A stretch of DNA of 64,000 nucleotides from Adineta vaga (taxonomy: Eukaryota; Animalia; Rotifera). Made by a program: the position numbers and the translations under genes. Every line of letters begins with the position of its first letter. The stretch's first letter is position 1. Where the stretch lies: the NCBI GenBank assembly GCA_021613535.1, contig CP075494.1, forward strand, positions 3,720,001-3,784,000, written 5' to 3'. The notes under the pieces are model-generated. The model made no database searches, was not told the origin of the DNA, and was given only the letters and a program-made list of their open reading frames with translations. Shown here piece after piece: positions 51,865 through 64,000 of this stretch.

Positions 51865-52643
51865 GAAATCATCATCTGACCATAAGAATAAAAAGATTCT
51901 TACATTGTTGTTATTATTATGATGTGAAAAATTCGTTGCATGGTATTGCTTTGAAATAAAAAACGTATTTTTTACAAGAAATGTTGATGTCTTATATGGA
52001 TGAAATGATGCTTTTTCCAACGTGATATTTTCGAGATGTTAGTCACCATAATAAACAAAATAAATGTCCGCAATTCATCTTGTCGATATTATACAATTTT
52101 TAGAAATAATGAAAGAATATGAAAAATCATGGAATAATAATAATATTTCTCCACAGGTATTAATAGGATACATAATTAGTAGTATTTGGATAATTACAGG
52201 AGAAAATAAAATGTCACTGTGGGGGAGCGGAAGTGAAATGTACAAAAAACATCATTTTTACTGCTTTCTATGCCCATTCATTTTAGAAAATTTATTTGTA
52301 AATACTTTATCTACTAAAGATCGAATCAGTAAAGGTAAACATATTGAATAATTCCACGTTTCACAAATGGATATAGTTTTGACACTTTCTTTATGTTAGA
52401 TTAAATGATTACGTTATGATACAGACGTTTGTCAGACTGATTTTATTTATTCATTCACAAAAGTATAAAAGAAAAAATTCCGGATTAATGAGAAATAGAA
52501 TTATCAGTAAATGTAATCGACAAGATTGTCATTTTTGTTATAAAAGATTTGAGCATTCATTCAATATCTTCATGCGTAGTTAATTAGTTCGTACCTGAAT
52601 GAAAAAAGAAAGATAATTAACAATACTTTTCTTTTGTCTGCTC

Positions 52644-53741
52644 TCACTCACCTATATATGGTCGAATAGTGAAATTTGAAATACGTAAGTGATTATTCGC
52701 CCATGCCCAAAAGCCCAAACAAGGTTTACCAAGTAAGTGAATTCTACCACAATTCAGCCTTCTCCAAACACCATCTTCAATAACTAGGATTTGTTCACCA
52801 TTAGCTTTAATAATGATCTTTAAATGTCGTGCTGGTTCATTCTTATATGGTACCACTGAATGTGGAATAGTTGAATGCGCATCAGTTTGATAAAATCGAT
52901 AACCACGATCAAAATATCGATCAATCCAATCAATAACTACATTATTATTCATTGATCTGTCAAATTCATGATCACCATAGTAAATACCACCATGTCGTCC
53001 TACTTCATCATTTGGTACGGTTAAAAATTCCATATCGAATTCTAACACTTGATTTGACAATGATCTGTTCACGGGCAGTTTCAATTGTTCGAATGGAATA
53101 GCACATCCACCTTCGGAATTATGTGTGATTATTTCTAGAACATCATTGGATCGTACGCGATATTCTGTAAATGAATCACCAACAATTGATACATTTGATA
53201 AATCAACTTTTGTAACATAAGTTGTTGGTGGATCTAGAATCAAGAAGAAGTTTCTTCAAACTGAAAGACATCATTGGGAATATCAAACTTACCCGATAAG
53301 AGGTTAATTGGTTTAAATCTCATAACGGATTCAAAATACTAAAAACAAACGTAAATAACTAATCTGTGAATACATTCAATCTTACTGAACACTCATATAG
53401 CTTTATTTCATTTTGAACCATGGAGTTTCTTTAAAAGAATATTTTATAATTAGTTTCAAAGAATAAAATAATTACTATCAACTTACCGAAGTTCTCGTAA
53501 AGCTTTTTTGAAAATTACACGATCACGAATACATGGTATAAGTTCTTTTTGTTCACTTTCAGTAAAATCTTCACTGAGAAGTGTTGCTCCATCAATCTTG
53601 TTATCTACAACAGCAACAATATCCAATATCATACAAGCAAGATTAGTTTGTCTTACTTTCAAATTGATCAAAATACAAGCTCAATCCATTTTCGTTCAAC
53701 CAATCGACCACTCGATCAGTATCCCAATTGGATGGATCCAT
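52644..53741 (-). CDS. SAM domain + beta-sandwich (ConA/DUF1080-like) protein, multi-exon
   Basis: Spliced N-terminus MDPSNWDTDRVVDWLNENGLSLYFDQFE|NNKIDGATLL fits a SAM domain. C-terminal exon ends GFWAW...LRISNFTI; the fold call for it is tentative. Confidence 0.65.
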
Positions 53742-54202
53742 CTAAAACGACTATACATACATCAGATGACAACTGATTTCTTTCGCGTCGTCATGCAAAA
53801 AAGTTAGAAACAATTGCGAGGGGAGTGTGTTTATTGCATGATGAGAATGAGATGGAACACGCACACACAAGTAGAAGATACTGCTTTTATATACTATATG
53901 TGTCTCATGTACATGACTCATGAATTCCTTGACTCATGAGTTATCATGGCTGAAGGCCATGACAACAATATGACCAAAAATTTTCCAACTTCACCTTTTT
54001 ATGTACATACTATAGTAAAACAGACAAACGCAAAAGCATTAATATTTTCCTTTCTATGCATTAGATACTTGAAGTTGTTTTGAAAGTGCCAAAGAGAAAA
54101 TGACTACAGAGCAATTTCGCACAAACGATGAAATACGTGGCAGTAAAAGGGCACAAAAACAACATGCAATGGAGAGAGGGTTTATCGGATCTGATATTCA
54201 AG

Positions 54203-55166
54203 CTAACACCCACCCATATTCTCAAGATTTTCATCTTCACAGAAAGCATCTTCAATTGTTGATTGAGGAATATATTTGTTTGTGAGATAACATTTATAGT
54301 AGTTCCGTTTCAATTGAGCAGATATTTGAGAATTTATATCGTCATATATATTTTTATCATCATTAGAAGGACAATCTAATATACCACTCACTAAATGATG
54401 AATCTTTACATTGATATAAATTGAATTCATTACATAAACTGAAAGGTAGATGAATAATTGGATTATAGTTTACTAGTGTCGAGAAGATTTCATTATAGAA
54501 TTCGACATATCTAAATGTCCACAATATTGGACTGATCATGAAACGATTTATTTGAACATAAATAAGGAAAATTACATAAATGGACATTCTACTTCTATAT
54601 CATGTACACATACATTATTGATAAATTGATTAGTAGCAGTAGGATAATCCGGATTTGATAGACCAAAATAACATTTAAAAGCTGACCAGTTTTTATTTGA
54701 TACAGAAGGATCTTTGTTGGAAAACATCGATTTGACTATGATCTGATGACGATATCGATCAGGAGAACTTGTAATGAATAATGGTGAACCTATCACATCT
54801 TCCCGTTCAAATGTTACTTCAGATATTTCATATCTATATCGTCCATTTTCATCAGTACCATCAAGACAGTCAGGATTATGTGAATCATCATTGGAGAATT
54901 CCTTGGGTATACACAGACCATTCGAACATTGATGTTCATTTTGTTTGCATTCATTGACTTCAAGTTGCCAACAATGTCTTTCATCAAAATCTCCATCAAG
55001 ACAATAAATTCTACCATCACAAATTTCTGACCAATTTAAACATACTGGCGCGTATTTACGATTACATTTCAAATGGATATAACATGTCCAATGATCTTCA
55101 TCATTTCGATAAGTTTCATAATAATCATAAATTATTTCATATAATGTTGTATAATCCCTATGATAA
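54203..55166 (-). pseudogene. Decayed LDLa-repeat gene fragment (paralog of 56429..57864)
   Basis: CLNWSEICDG..CLDG.FDE..C and C..G.CIP....D...DCLDGTDE; stops and frame changes. Confidence 0.7.
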
Positions 55167-55619
55167 GAATCGAATTCATATGAAACATGATATTTTTTTT
55201 CTTTGCATGAAATACAACATTAAAACACACTGCCTATTTATATCGTTATAAAGATTTTTATTTAGGAACAGATTTATTCGTTCCAGTTTGAGAGAGATAA
55301 AGTCCATCAACTAAAGCACGACTGTAAATTTCTGCTTTAAAAGAAATAATTATCTACATCCATCTGCCATACTATTTTCAATAGCATTTAGAATTTAGGT
55401 GAAAAAAAAAGATTCATTGATTATGATTCAAAGACTTTCAAGGTTGCTTGTCTCATCTCATTATAAATAAAAGAACATAAGTCTAGAAATGTTAATTAAA
55501 ATTCATTTTGTTCTCTTTCTGTTTCTATAAATGTCATGATGGTATATTTTTATTTCATTGAAATCCGTACTTGACGAACATTTCATTTTTGATTATATTC
55601 AATTCGAATCAAGCTGAAT

Positions 55620-56432
55620 ATGCATCAGCAACATAAAATTGTATATGTTCAACCATCAGAACCTTCTATATATACTGAACAAGAGAGTAGTATTGGTAAT
55701 TCTTCACTTTCATTGGCAAGTACTGTGTATACAAATGTCCCAGAAACACCGGTCACTTCTCCAATAAAAACATATCAATTCAAAAAGCAAAATTAGTAAG
55801 TTTCTATGTTGATGTTATATGTACAGTCGATCTTCATTTTTGATTATTCATTTTAGTCAACCACCACGAGAAAAGAAAGGATTATTTTCATTACCCAAAG
55901 TGTTTATTATTATCGGAATGATTGTTTTGGGAATGTGTGCATTAGGAGTAGGTTTTACTGCTCTTTTTTTCACTCTCTACAAACCAAATACAACAACAAC
56001 GACAACGACCACATCCACATCAACTACATCAGTCACTACTACTACTACAAGTACGACTTCAACGAGTACAACCACAACTAGTAAGTATCTTTATAATTAC
56101 AGCGAGAAGCGACTTTATTTCTATTGAATTTAGCAACTACAACGGATGCTTTATGTTCAACAACGCCAAACACATGGTATACAACATCCACCACAATTCC
56201 CGAACAATGTGTAAATTATACAGTAGATACAGATGCAACACGACGGTTTTCCTATACGGCATCCACTTCTTACTGCGATAATGCATGGCCATTTAGTAAC
56301 AAAACTGTATGGATTCGATTTCAAGGTGCAGCTGGTTCAATGATTATCAATACAGCAATATCTACTGGTCGTTGTGGAACAACCTATACTGGTTATTATG
56401 CAGGAGAGTATCCTTTAACAACTTATAATTAA
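55620..56432 (+). pseudogene. Type II membrane protein with Thr stalk and truncated uromodulin D8C-like domain
   Basis: ATG 55620; introns 55796-55856 and about 56082-56133; TM segment; WIRF.G.AG...CGT..TG...G.YP followed by an abrupt stop. Confidence 0.6.
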
Positions 56433-57864
56433 TTCATTAAATTACTATTATTCTTCATTATGTTCATATTTTCATCATCATGATGAGGACAATCATAAAT
56501 TCCATTGATAATTTCATAGATTGGAATACATTTCGATGAATTCAAACATTGATAAAATTGTCCAGTACAACTATGATTTTTAAGTAAATGAAATAAATCG
56601 TTAAGAGGAGCAAGATATTTATCTTTCCAACTTGTTAAAATATCAACCTTATGAATCATTTTCGAACGAAAACATGTTCGATTATTGAAAAATATCTTGG
56701 TCGATTTTTCTAAATAATCAGCATAACGAGAATCATTTGAACAAATATAAGGAGAACGATGTATCCAATTACCAAGATAATCTGAATCATTTCTTAAATA
56801 AGTCGTATAGATTTGACCAAATAAAACGGGTAGATTAAGAAAATCCATTATTTCTGGACAAGTCTTTTTAACTGTATCTCGACATTTCGTATTAGCAATC
56901 TGTTGTATAAATCGTGGATATTCCGGAGTTGGAAGAGAAAAAAGACACTTCATTGCTATCCAACATTGATCATCAATGGTATTATCTTTAGTTGAATACA
57001 TTGAATCTCTTAAGAAATCATTTCGTCGAGCATCACAAGAACTGGTTAGAGGTGTATGTTTACATGTTATATCTTCACAACCAAATGTCGGTTCAGATGT
57101 ACTACATTCTTCAAATTGGTGATGAGGTTTATAAATTTCATCAGATTTATCCAAACAATCAGGATTATTCGAATTATCTCGAAAAAATAGTTGAGGAATA
57201 CATTGCCCATTTGCACATTGATATTCATCCGTTTGACATTGATTTATTTCTAATTGCCAACAATATTCTTCATCGAATGGTCCATCTAAACAATCAACTT
57301 TGCCATCACAGATTTCACTCCAATCTAAACATGCAGGAGAATATCCACGATAACATTTTAAATGTGTATAACAAGTGAAATTCATTGATCTATATGTATA
57401 AATTTGATAATAATTGTAGATAAGATCGTGTAAAGATAAATATTCGATTTCATAATGATCGAATTTATATTGGCATAGAGAACCAAATCTTGGAAATGTA
57501 CAATTATAAAAGATTTCCTTATCAAATGAAAATTCAAATGATTGATCAAGATAGGATTGATAACGTTCAATAGATCAATTGATGCTGACCATTTATATAA
57601 ATCTTCACTTGTCACATTCAATTCGGACAATTGAACAAAAGCAAATTTTGGAAATATCTTATCCACTTGAATTTCAGTTGTCGAAACAAATTCACTTATA
57701 CAATAAGATATGATTTGTCGATTCATATCTGTTTCACTGATCGATGCAATAGTTGTTCGTATACAATCATGTTGTATTTCATTGATTTTATCCGTGTAAT
57801 ATAAATTGATATGAGGTGTACTTACGACGAAATGTATAATAATGAAATAGAAAATATATTTCAT
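56429..57864 (-). pseudogene. 5' part of a secreted LDLa/EGF-repeat receptor-like gene, frameshifted (about 57571) and 3'-truncated
   Basis: Signal peptide; SEDLYKWSASIDL[I]ERYQ; NCTFPRFG.LCQY; LDLa repeats; ends abruptly. Confidence 0.7.
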
Positions 57865-58680
57865 GTTATAATGTGAATAAATTATTGGCTTTCCTTCAGA
57901 GAATTAGCAGAAACATTGAAAGGAAGAGAAAAAAACGTGACTTGTATTTGGAAACAGATTGTATACTTACAGATTAAAAAAAGATTTTTAGAATTTACTC
58001 AACAAATATTTAACGGAAAAACGTTTTAATGCAGATTGGATATAATAGTTATTATCTTTCACTCGGAAAGACTTTCATCTATGTTAGTGTAATGATAATT
58101 CATCGTATATTTTTTATGATATATTCTGTTGTATCAGATTCTTTTTCTGATAAGTCGAAGAAGTTTGAATCGGTTGTAAATCATATTTTTGAGTTACAAA
58201 ATTGATAACCTTTAGAAAAAAACATATCTTGAGTATATTTGAGTAATGTAAATATAACTGCTTAATAATGTAAAAATTCTAAAAGTGAGATTGTGAGTGT
58301 TCTATCATTTTTACACTAATCTTCATTCATAAAATGATAACGTAAGAACAATATAGGTCGAGTAAAAATAGTATATTAATGTAAAAAGAGACGATTGCTT
58401 TGAATAACCTTTGCTGGATTTAATCTTAAATGTTTGTGTTAATAACCATAACATGGACATTTGTTTCGTTTAGTGTATTAATAAAACTTATAATAACATT
58501 CAACAGTATAGAGCATTACGAAATGATGAAGCAAAGAAAGAAAATAAATTATATTTTTACTCATATACCTTCCGAAAACAAATCTCTTCGTCTTTTATTC
58601 TTCTAACTTCATTTTTTAGATTTTTTACCAAAATTTTTCGGTAATATTGCATCACTCTAATTAATATAGTGTAACGAAAG

Positions 58681-59337
58681 ATGTCACCTGTTTGCTGGAT
58701 AATATTTTTATGGTTCATCCTAACATTGAAAGCAACAGAATCCAATCAAATTCATCGAAATTTCATAAAAGCTGTCAATCAAGGTAGGTAGAGAATAGTC
58801 TGATGATTTTTATTGATACTTTATAATTGAACTATAGTCCGACGAAATCATAAACTTCCATTGATCTGTCTCTCTCAAAAGTTAAATGCAGCAGCATTAC
58901 AACATTCTCAATGGATGAGCAAGAACAATAAATTAATTCACGGCAGTAGTAAAGATTTAAAAGTATGTACAAATATCCCCATATTCATAAATACAATATT
59001 ATTTTCTATTTTTGATAACAATATATTTCTTTAACTAAATAGACTCGTCTAATCAGAAACAAATATCCTATGAATGGTGCAGCTGCTGAAAATATTGCCT
59101 TAAATTCTGACCGATCTGCGCATTACACTGTTAATCAATGGATGAAGTCCCCGAAGCATCGTGCCAGTATTCTCAATCCCAAGTATAATCAAGTATTTTA
59201 ACTTCTATATTATATTTTTATCTATACATTAAGTATTATTTTTCTTGTAGGTTGGCGTTGGTGCTAATGAAAGAAATAGAAAGATATGGTGGACAATGTT
59301 GATGGCAAGAGGTTCTGATAAATGTATACTCTCGTAG
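58681..59337 (+). CDS. Secreted CAP/SCP-domain protein (YkwD-type), 4 exons; absent from the ORF track
   Basis: Manual splicing gives MSPVCWIIFLW..AVNQ|VRR..LNAAALQHSQWM..H..|..AAENIA..VNQWMKSPKHRASILNP.YNQ|VGVG..WWT..stop. Confidence 0.85.
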
Positions 59338-59550
59338 AAGTTTTAACTTTTGAATAAAAACTCTAAAACTTGATTGGAAAGGTGAGGATCTATGAGACAG
59401 AGCCCTGCACCAATATGCACACTACATACCCATGTATACTCGAATTATTGAAATATATTTATTCGATTTTTATTTAACCTTCTTTTGTGTATACACGTGA
59501 GTAATCTAAAAATTGCTGTCAAATTAGAAATAGAAAATTTTATTTGAGAT

Positions 59551-59917
59551 TTGCTATCGTCCTATGAAAAAACACTTGATATTTACAAGAATACTCTTCC
59601 TGAAAACTATTCTATGATAGCTACTTCCTATAGAAACGTCGGTTCGGTTTATTTCCGTATGGAAGACTATTCGAATGCATTACCTTTGTTTGAAAGAGCA
59701 CTTTATATGCAACAGAATACTCTGGTGAAAATCATCCTGATCTCTTGATTAATTATATTAATATCGGTTCGGTGTTTTATAAAAGAGCAGAATATTCAAG
59801 AGCACTGCCAACTTTCGAACACGCGTTGAACATTTGTCGTCAATTACTTCCTGCCTCTCATCCTCGTACACAATCATAAGTACTCAAACAACTGGAAAAC
59901 ACAAGAGAAAAACTATG
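59551..59917 (+). pseudogene. TPR (kinesin-light-chain-like) gene fragment
   Basis: YEKTLDI..LPENY..ATSY.NVG.VY...AL; frameshift and stops; no start codon. Confidence 0.65.
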
Positions 59918-60768
59918 AACAATGTTTTCTTTCTCTTTTTTTTATACAATCTTGTTTATAAGAATATGTTTTTCATTCAATGACATCGATACCCTCGCTC
60001 ACATCCCTCCGCTGAAACTTCTATCAGAAAATGTCACTTCGACGAAATGTTCGAAGTGGATTTCGTTTTTGGTAAATATAGAACAAATACATGGCAAAAA
60101 TGTAATGAATAATTGCACTTCAAACAACTCTTTCACCGAAGGAGATTCTGTATTTAGAAATCGTTTAAAATTTTCTGCGATTATTTTGTTTGTATAATCA
60201 AAGTGAATATTACTAAAGATGCCGCTACAAATCATTGTGACGTTTTTTGATGGAAGAAGATATGTGCCCTGATGGAAACTAAGTCTTTATTTATTTATTT
60301 CTTCCTCTTAAATCGCATCGTTCAGATACAAAACACATGCTTATATAATCTTCTGTCAAAGAGAAGGAAAGGAGAAAAAAATACTGAGGTACATCAACAC
60401 CTACCGAACTATGAGGACATAAGAAGAAACGAAAGGACAAATAGCGTGCGTACAGCGCATGTACGCGAGATTGTCACAATCATGTTTATAGAGATGATTC
60501 TTAGACTTTGTTTTTCTTTTTCGTAAGAAGACAACTGTATGTCAGACAAGACGCTAATCGATCTTTGAATAATATGTTTAGTGTGTCTGTGTGTGATTAA
60601 TTAGAATACAAATAACGTTGCTATGTTTAAAAAGGAATTGCTTCGTCAGTGTGTTGTTTTCTTTCTAGTCGGCGAAAGAATAACATGTGACAGGTATTTA
60701 ATGCTGTTTGAAAAAAACAAAATTCATGCAGAGAATTCCATAACTATAAGTGTAACTACAATCATCGC

Positions 60769-62898
60769 ATGGGTGTTACTGTTTCTCATCCTCGTTCTGA
60801 CGTTAAATTCAATCGAATTTCAAAGCAATGGTTTTGTTCCAAATGTTCTTCAAGTAATTCAACATCGCTGCATCAAAAATGTCATGTTTGTCATCAAAGT
60901 AAAATAAAATTGACTCTCTCGGATAAAAACTTGTTCACATCAATGAGACCAATGTCTGTTTCAATTCATCATCGACGACAACAAGATGAATTAAATGCAG
61001 AGAAAGTCTTTCAAAAGACTCGCTCCTATTGTTTTCAAGTAAAATGATGAATTTATATATTTTAATTTAAAAAAATTTAAGTTTTGTTTCCTTTGAAGAA
61101 TAAAATTTGTTATAAAGATGAAGAATTTCCACCTTCAACCAAATCATTAGGTCCCGAAATCGGTATTAATGTCAACAAATGGCTTCGAATACGAGATATA
61201 AATTTATCACGAACTGATTCCAATTATTCCTGGCGAATTTGTAGTTCAAATCCACAATCGATCGATATTGAACAAGGTCAATTAGGTGACTGTTGGTTAT
61301 TAGCTGCATTAGCTTTAATTACTGAACGACCAGAAATGCTTCGACATATTCTCTTAACAAAAACTTTAAATGATCAAGGAATTTATCTTGTACGAATTTG
61401 TTACAATGGTTTGTGGAAAAGTGTTTTATTGGATGATTATTTTCCATGTACAGATCGAAATCGTTTAGCATTTAGTAAAGCAAAAAAAGGTCAATTATTT
61501 GTTCCATTAATTGAAAAAGCTTGTGCGAAATTATTTGGTTCCTATTCAAATTTACGTTGTGGATCAACAGCGGAAGGTCTTCAATTGTTAACTGGTGCAC
61601 CATGTCATCAAATCGATCTAAATCCATTCAAGAAAACAATCGATTCCAATGCGATTTGGAATCAACTTCTTTCCGCTTGTCAATCAAAGTAAATACTCAC
61701 ATTATTTTCCCTAAATTTGAAACAAATATAATTTCAGATTACTAATCGGTGTATCAACATGCCGAAGTGATTTGAAGGCAGATGAATATCATCGTGTGGG
61801 TATTGCAGCTAATCATGCATTTTCTCTTCTACTAGCAACAACAGTATCGATTAGTCCTTATCGTTTCTTACTCATTCGTGATCCACATGGAAATACAAAA
61901 TATTCAGATGGATCAATCAATTCATTAATTAATAACCAATTAGAATTAGTATATAAAACAAATCATTCGATGGGCATTTTTTGGATATCTTTTGAGAATT
62001 TTCTTCATTATTTTGATTCCTTAACAATTTCAATTTATCGTCCAGATTCTTTTGATATTCGCGAACAAGCTAAATTTACTCGTTCATCAACTGAATCAGT
62101 TTCTGCTTATTATTTTCATATTCATAAAACATCTACGATTGATATAAGTTTAATTTATCATCGTGAAGATCGTCAACAATCCACTTATCATACGCAATCG
62201 TTTGTTTTATGCGATATTGATGAAAAATCAAAAGTTCTTGGTGAAAATAAAATTGTCTTTGAATCACATCGTGGAGGATTTCTACATTGGTCTGGAACAT
62301 TAAAACCTGCATTTTATGTTTTAATTCCATTTTCAATAAGTTTCTGGCAAAAATCATCGAATGAAAAAAAACATGCAAATCGAAATTTTACTTTAGTTAT
62401 TCATTCAAATATTCAATTGAATGGAAATCTAAACAAAGAACCAGCAACATTACTTGCAGATTGTTTAATTCTTGCCACAATGAAATATTGTGATCGACCA
62501 GAAAAGGTTCGCCATATCGAAATTTTTTTCTTTCCCTAATCGATCGTTTCTCGATTTAGAAAGGAGATTCAATATTTTATGAAACATCTCATCATATCAA
62601 TTCAACGATTATTGTTGGAGAAAATCTTGCAACAAAAGATAATTTACATGTTTTTTTAGAAATTAATCAAGCAAAGAATATTCATCATTCTCGTTTAACT
62701 TCGTTGACAATCGATTATATTCCACCATCTCATCGACAATTAATCTGCATTATGGAATGGACAAATAAACAAGGTGAATATGGTCAAATTAAATATACTC
62801 GTTCACAAGGTTTTACAGATGAATATCACAATTCAGTGCCATCTATTGATACTCATAAACAGGATTTACATTCACCGCGTTTGATTCTTTCGCAATAG
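60769..62898 (+). CDS. Calpain-15/SOL-like cysteine protease with N-terminal RanBP2-type zinc finger, multi-exon
   Basis: WFCSKC..N...CHVC; QGQLGDCWLLAAL; LIEKACAK; NHAFSLL; IRDPHG. Confidence 0.85.
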
Positions 62899-63041
62899 TT
62901 CTTCTAGAAATGATCTATTCATCTCCTATTGTTCTTTTTTATTTCTTTCAGAATGAATTTTGTTTATTCATTGTATAATTTCGTGTGCCTCTACGATGAT
63001 TTCCATATTTTATAATAAATACATTGGATTCTTATATCTCG

Positions 63042-64000
63042 ATGATATCCATTCCATATCCATACACAGATCGAAGAATGATGAACAACACATTATTAAT
63101 CCAAAATCCTCATACTTATCTTTTACCCGGTGTTACTTCGAAAACAATCGAAACATGTTCTCGTCTTCTTCAAGATAATCATGAACATCATCATATCTTT
63201 TTTAATAGTGAAGATGGTTTTCATAATCATACTGCCCATCATCTGTTAGCTGCATTTGGTCTTGGTGCTTCGTGTGAAACACTTGAACGTATCTATAAGC
63301 AACAAAAACAAATACAACAACCGATACATCCACTTCATAATACAAAAGATTTTGATCCGAAAAAATGTTTAGGTGACGAAAATTATTATCATGATTATGT
63401 GAAATTTTTTACTGAAGAATTAGAAAATGAAAAATATCAAGGAAATATTCAAGATTTAATTGAAGATTATTTATTTAATAAAGATTATTTAACTTTAATA
63501 TTAGGTGGTGCTTATCATTCGTTTATTCATCTTGGATATGCTTTAGAATTTCAATCGAAAATAATGACGATCGAAGGTTTAGCAATGGCTTCAATTGATG
63601 CAGTTGGTGTTCAAGATCTTTTAAAACATATGAAGTATGATCGAAATTCATCGAATCAAAAAACAGCACTAGAAATCGTTGAATTAATTATTAAAGATGA
63701 ACGATTTGATGATAAATTATTTTACAACGATAAAGGACCAAAAGTTGATATAGTTTTAAAACGTAATGGTGGTCCATTAGTTATCGAATATGCTCAAATG
63801 TGGAAATGTGATATCGATGATCTTCGACGTGCTGATATTTTAATTAATGCAGGTGCTATACGAGAAAAAAAAGAAGTTCATTTGGATTTTTTTCTTATGC
63901 ATGCAACAACAAGTTCGTTATTTCTAAATATTTTTATTCAATCATTTAAAAATCAAGAAAATCGAATGAAATTCTTAGAAGCGAAGTTTGCAGTTGATCT
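63042..64000 (+). CDS. Questin oxidase/AflY-HypA (DUF4243)-like protein, running off the window end; absent from the ORF track
   Basis: Manual translation: HHIFFN.EDGFHNHTAHHLLAAFGLGAS, GGAYHSFIHLGYALEF, EGLAMA and DFFLMHATTSSLF. Confidence 0.8.
   Translation, partial: MISIPYPYTDRRMMNNTLLIQNPHTYLLPGVTSKTIETCSRLLQDNHEHHHIFFNSEDGFHNHTAHHLLAAFGLGASCETLERIYKQQKQIQQPIHPLHNTKDFDPKKCLGDENYYHDYVKFFTEELENEKYQGNIQDLIEDYLFNKDYLTLILGGAYHSFIHLGYALEFQSKIMTIEGLAMASIDAVGVQDLLKHMKYDRNSSNQKTALEIVELIIKDERFDDKLFYNDKGPKVDIVLKRNGGPLVIEYAQMWKCDIDDLRRADILINAGAIREKKEVHLDFFLMHATTSSLFLNIFIQSFKNQENRMKFLEAKFAVD

Noticed and set aside
1-64000. Bacterial genome or contaminant contig
   Set aside because: Frame-restoring GT-AG introns occur even in the NRPS and GH77 genes, and GPCR, F-box and calpain genes are interleaved

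Overview
AT-rich eukaryotic genomic DNA with short (about 50-190 nt) GT-AG introns. The gene mix strongly suggests a bdelloid rotifer (Adineta/Rotaria-like; inferred, not proven): F-box/LRR-like genes, rhodopsin-like GPCRs, FG-GAP repeats, LDLa fragments, calpain-15, and many bacterial/fungal-type enzymes. Foreign-looking genes include a GH141-like beta-helix hydrolase, an intron-containing NRPS, a GH77 amylomaltase, a Gfo/Idh/MocA (ApsD-like) dehydrogenase, a GH128-like glucanase, a cysH-like reductase, a YkwD-type CAP protein and a questin-oxidase-like gene. Three items stand out. (1) An intronless 1222-aa fusion of an ABA4/DUF4281-like membrane domain, a CYP74-like P450 and a lipoxygenase, which may be a single-chain oxylipin synthase. 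(2) A spliced two-module NRPS ending in an epsilon-poly-L-lysine-synthetase-type membrane domain fused to a spermidine-synthase-like SAM domain. (3) A secreted protein of seven BLIP/DUF3862-like repeats. Many genes carry 1-2 nt frameshifts, which are either consensus errors or real decay. All family calls come from motifs recognised by eye; no database search was run.
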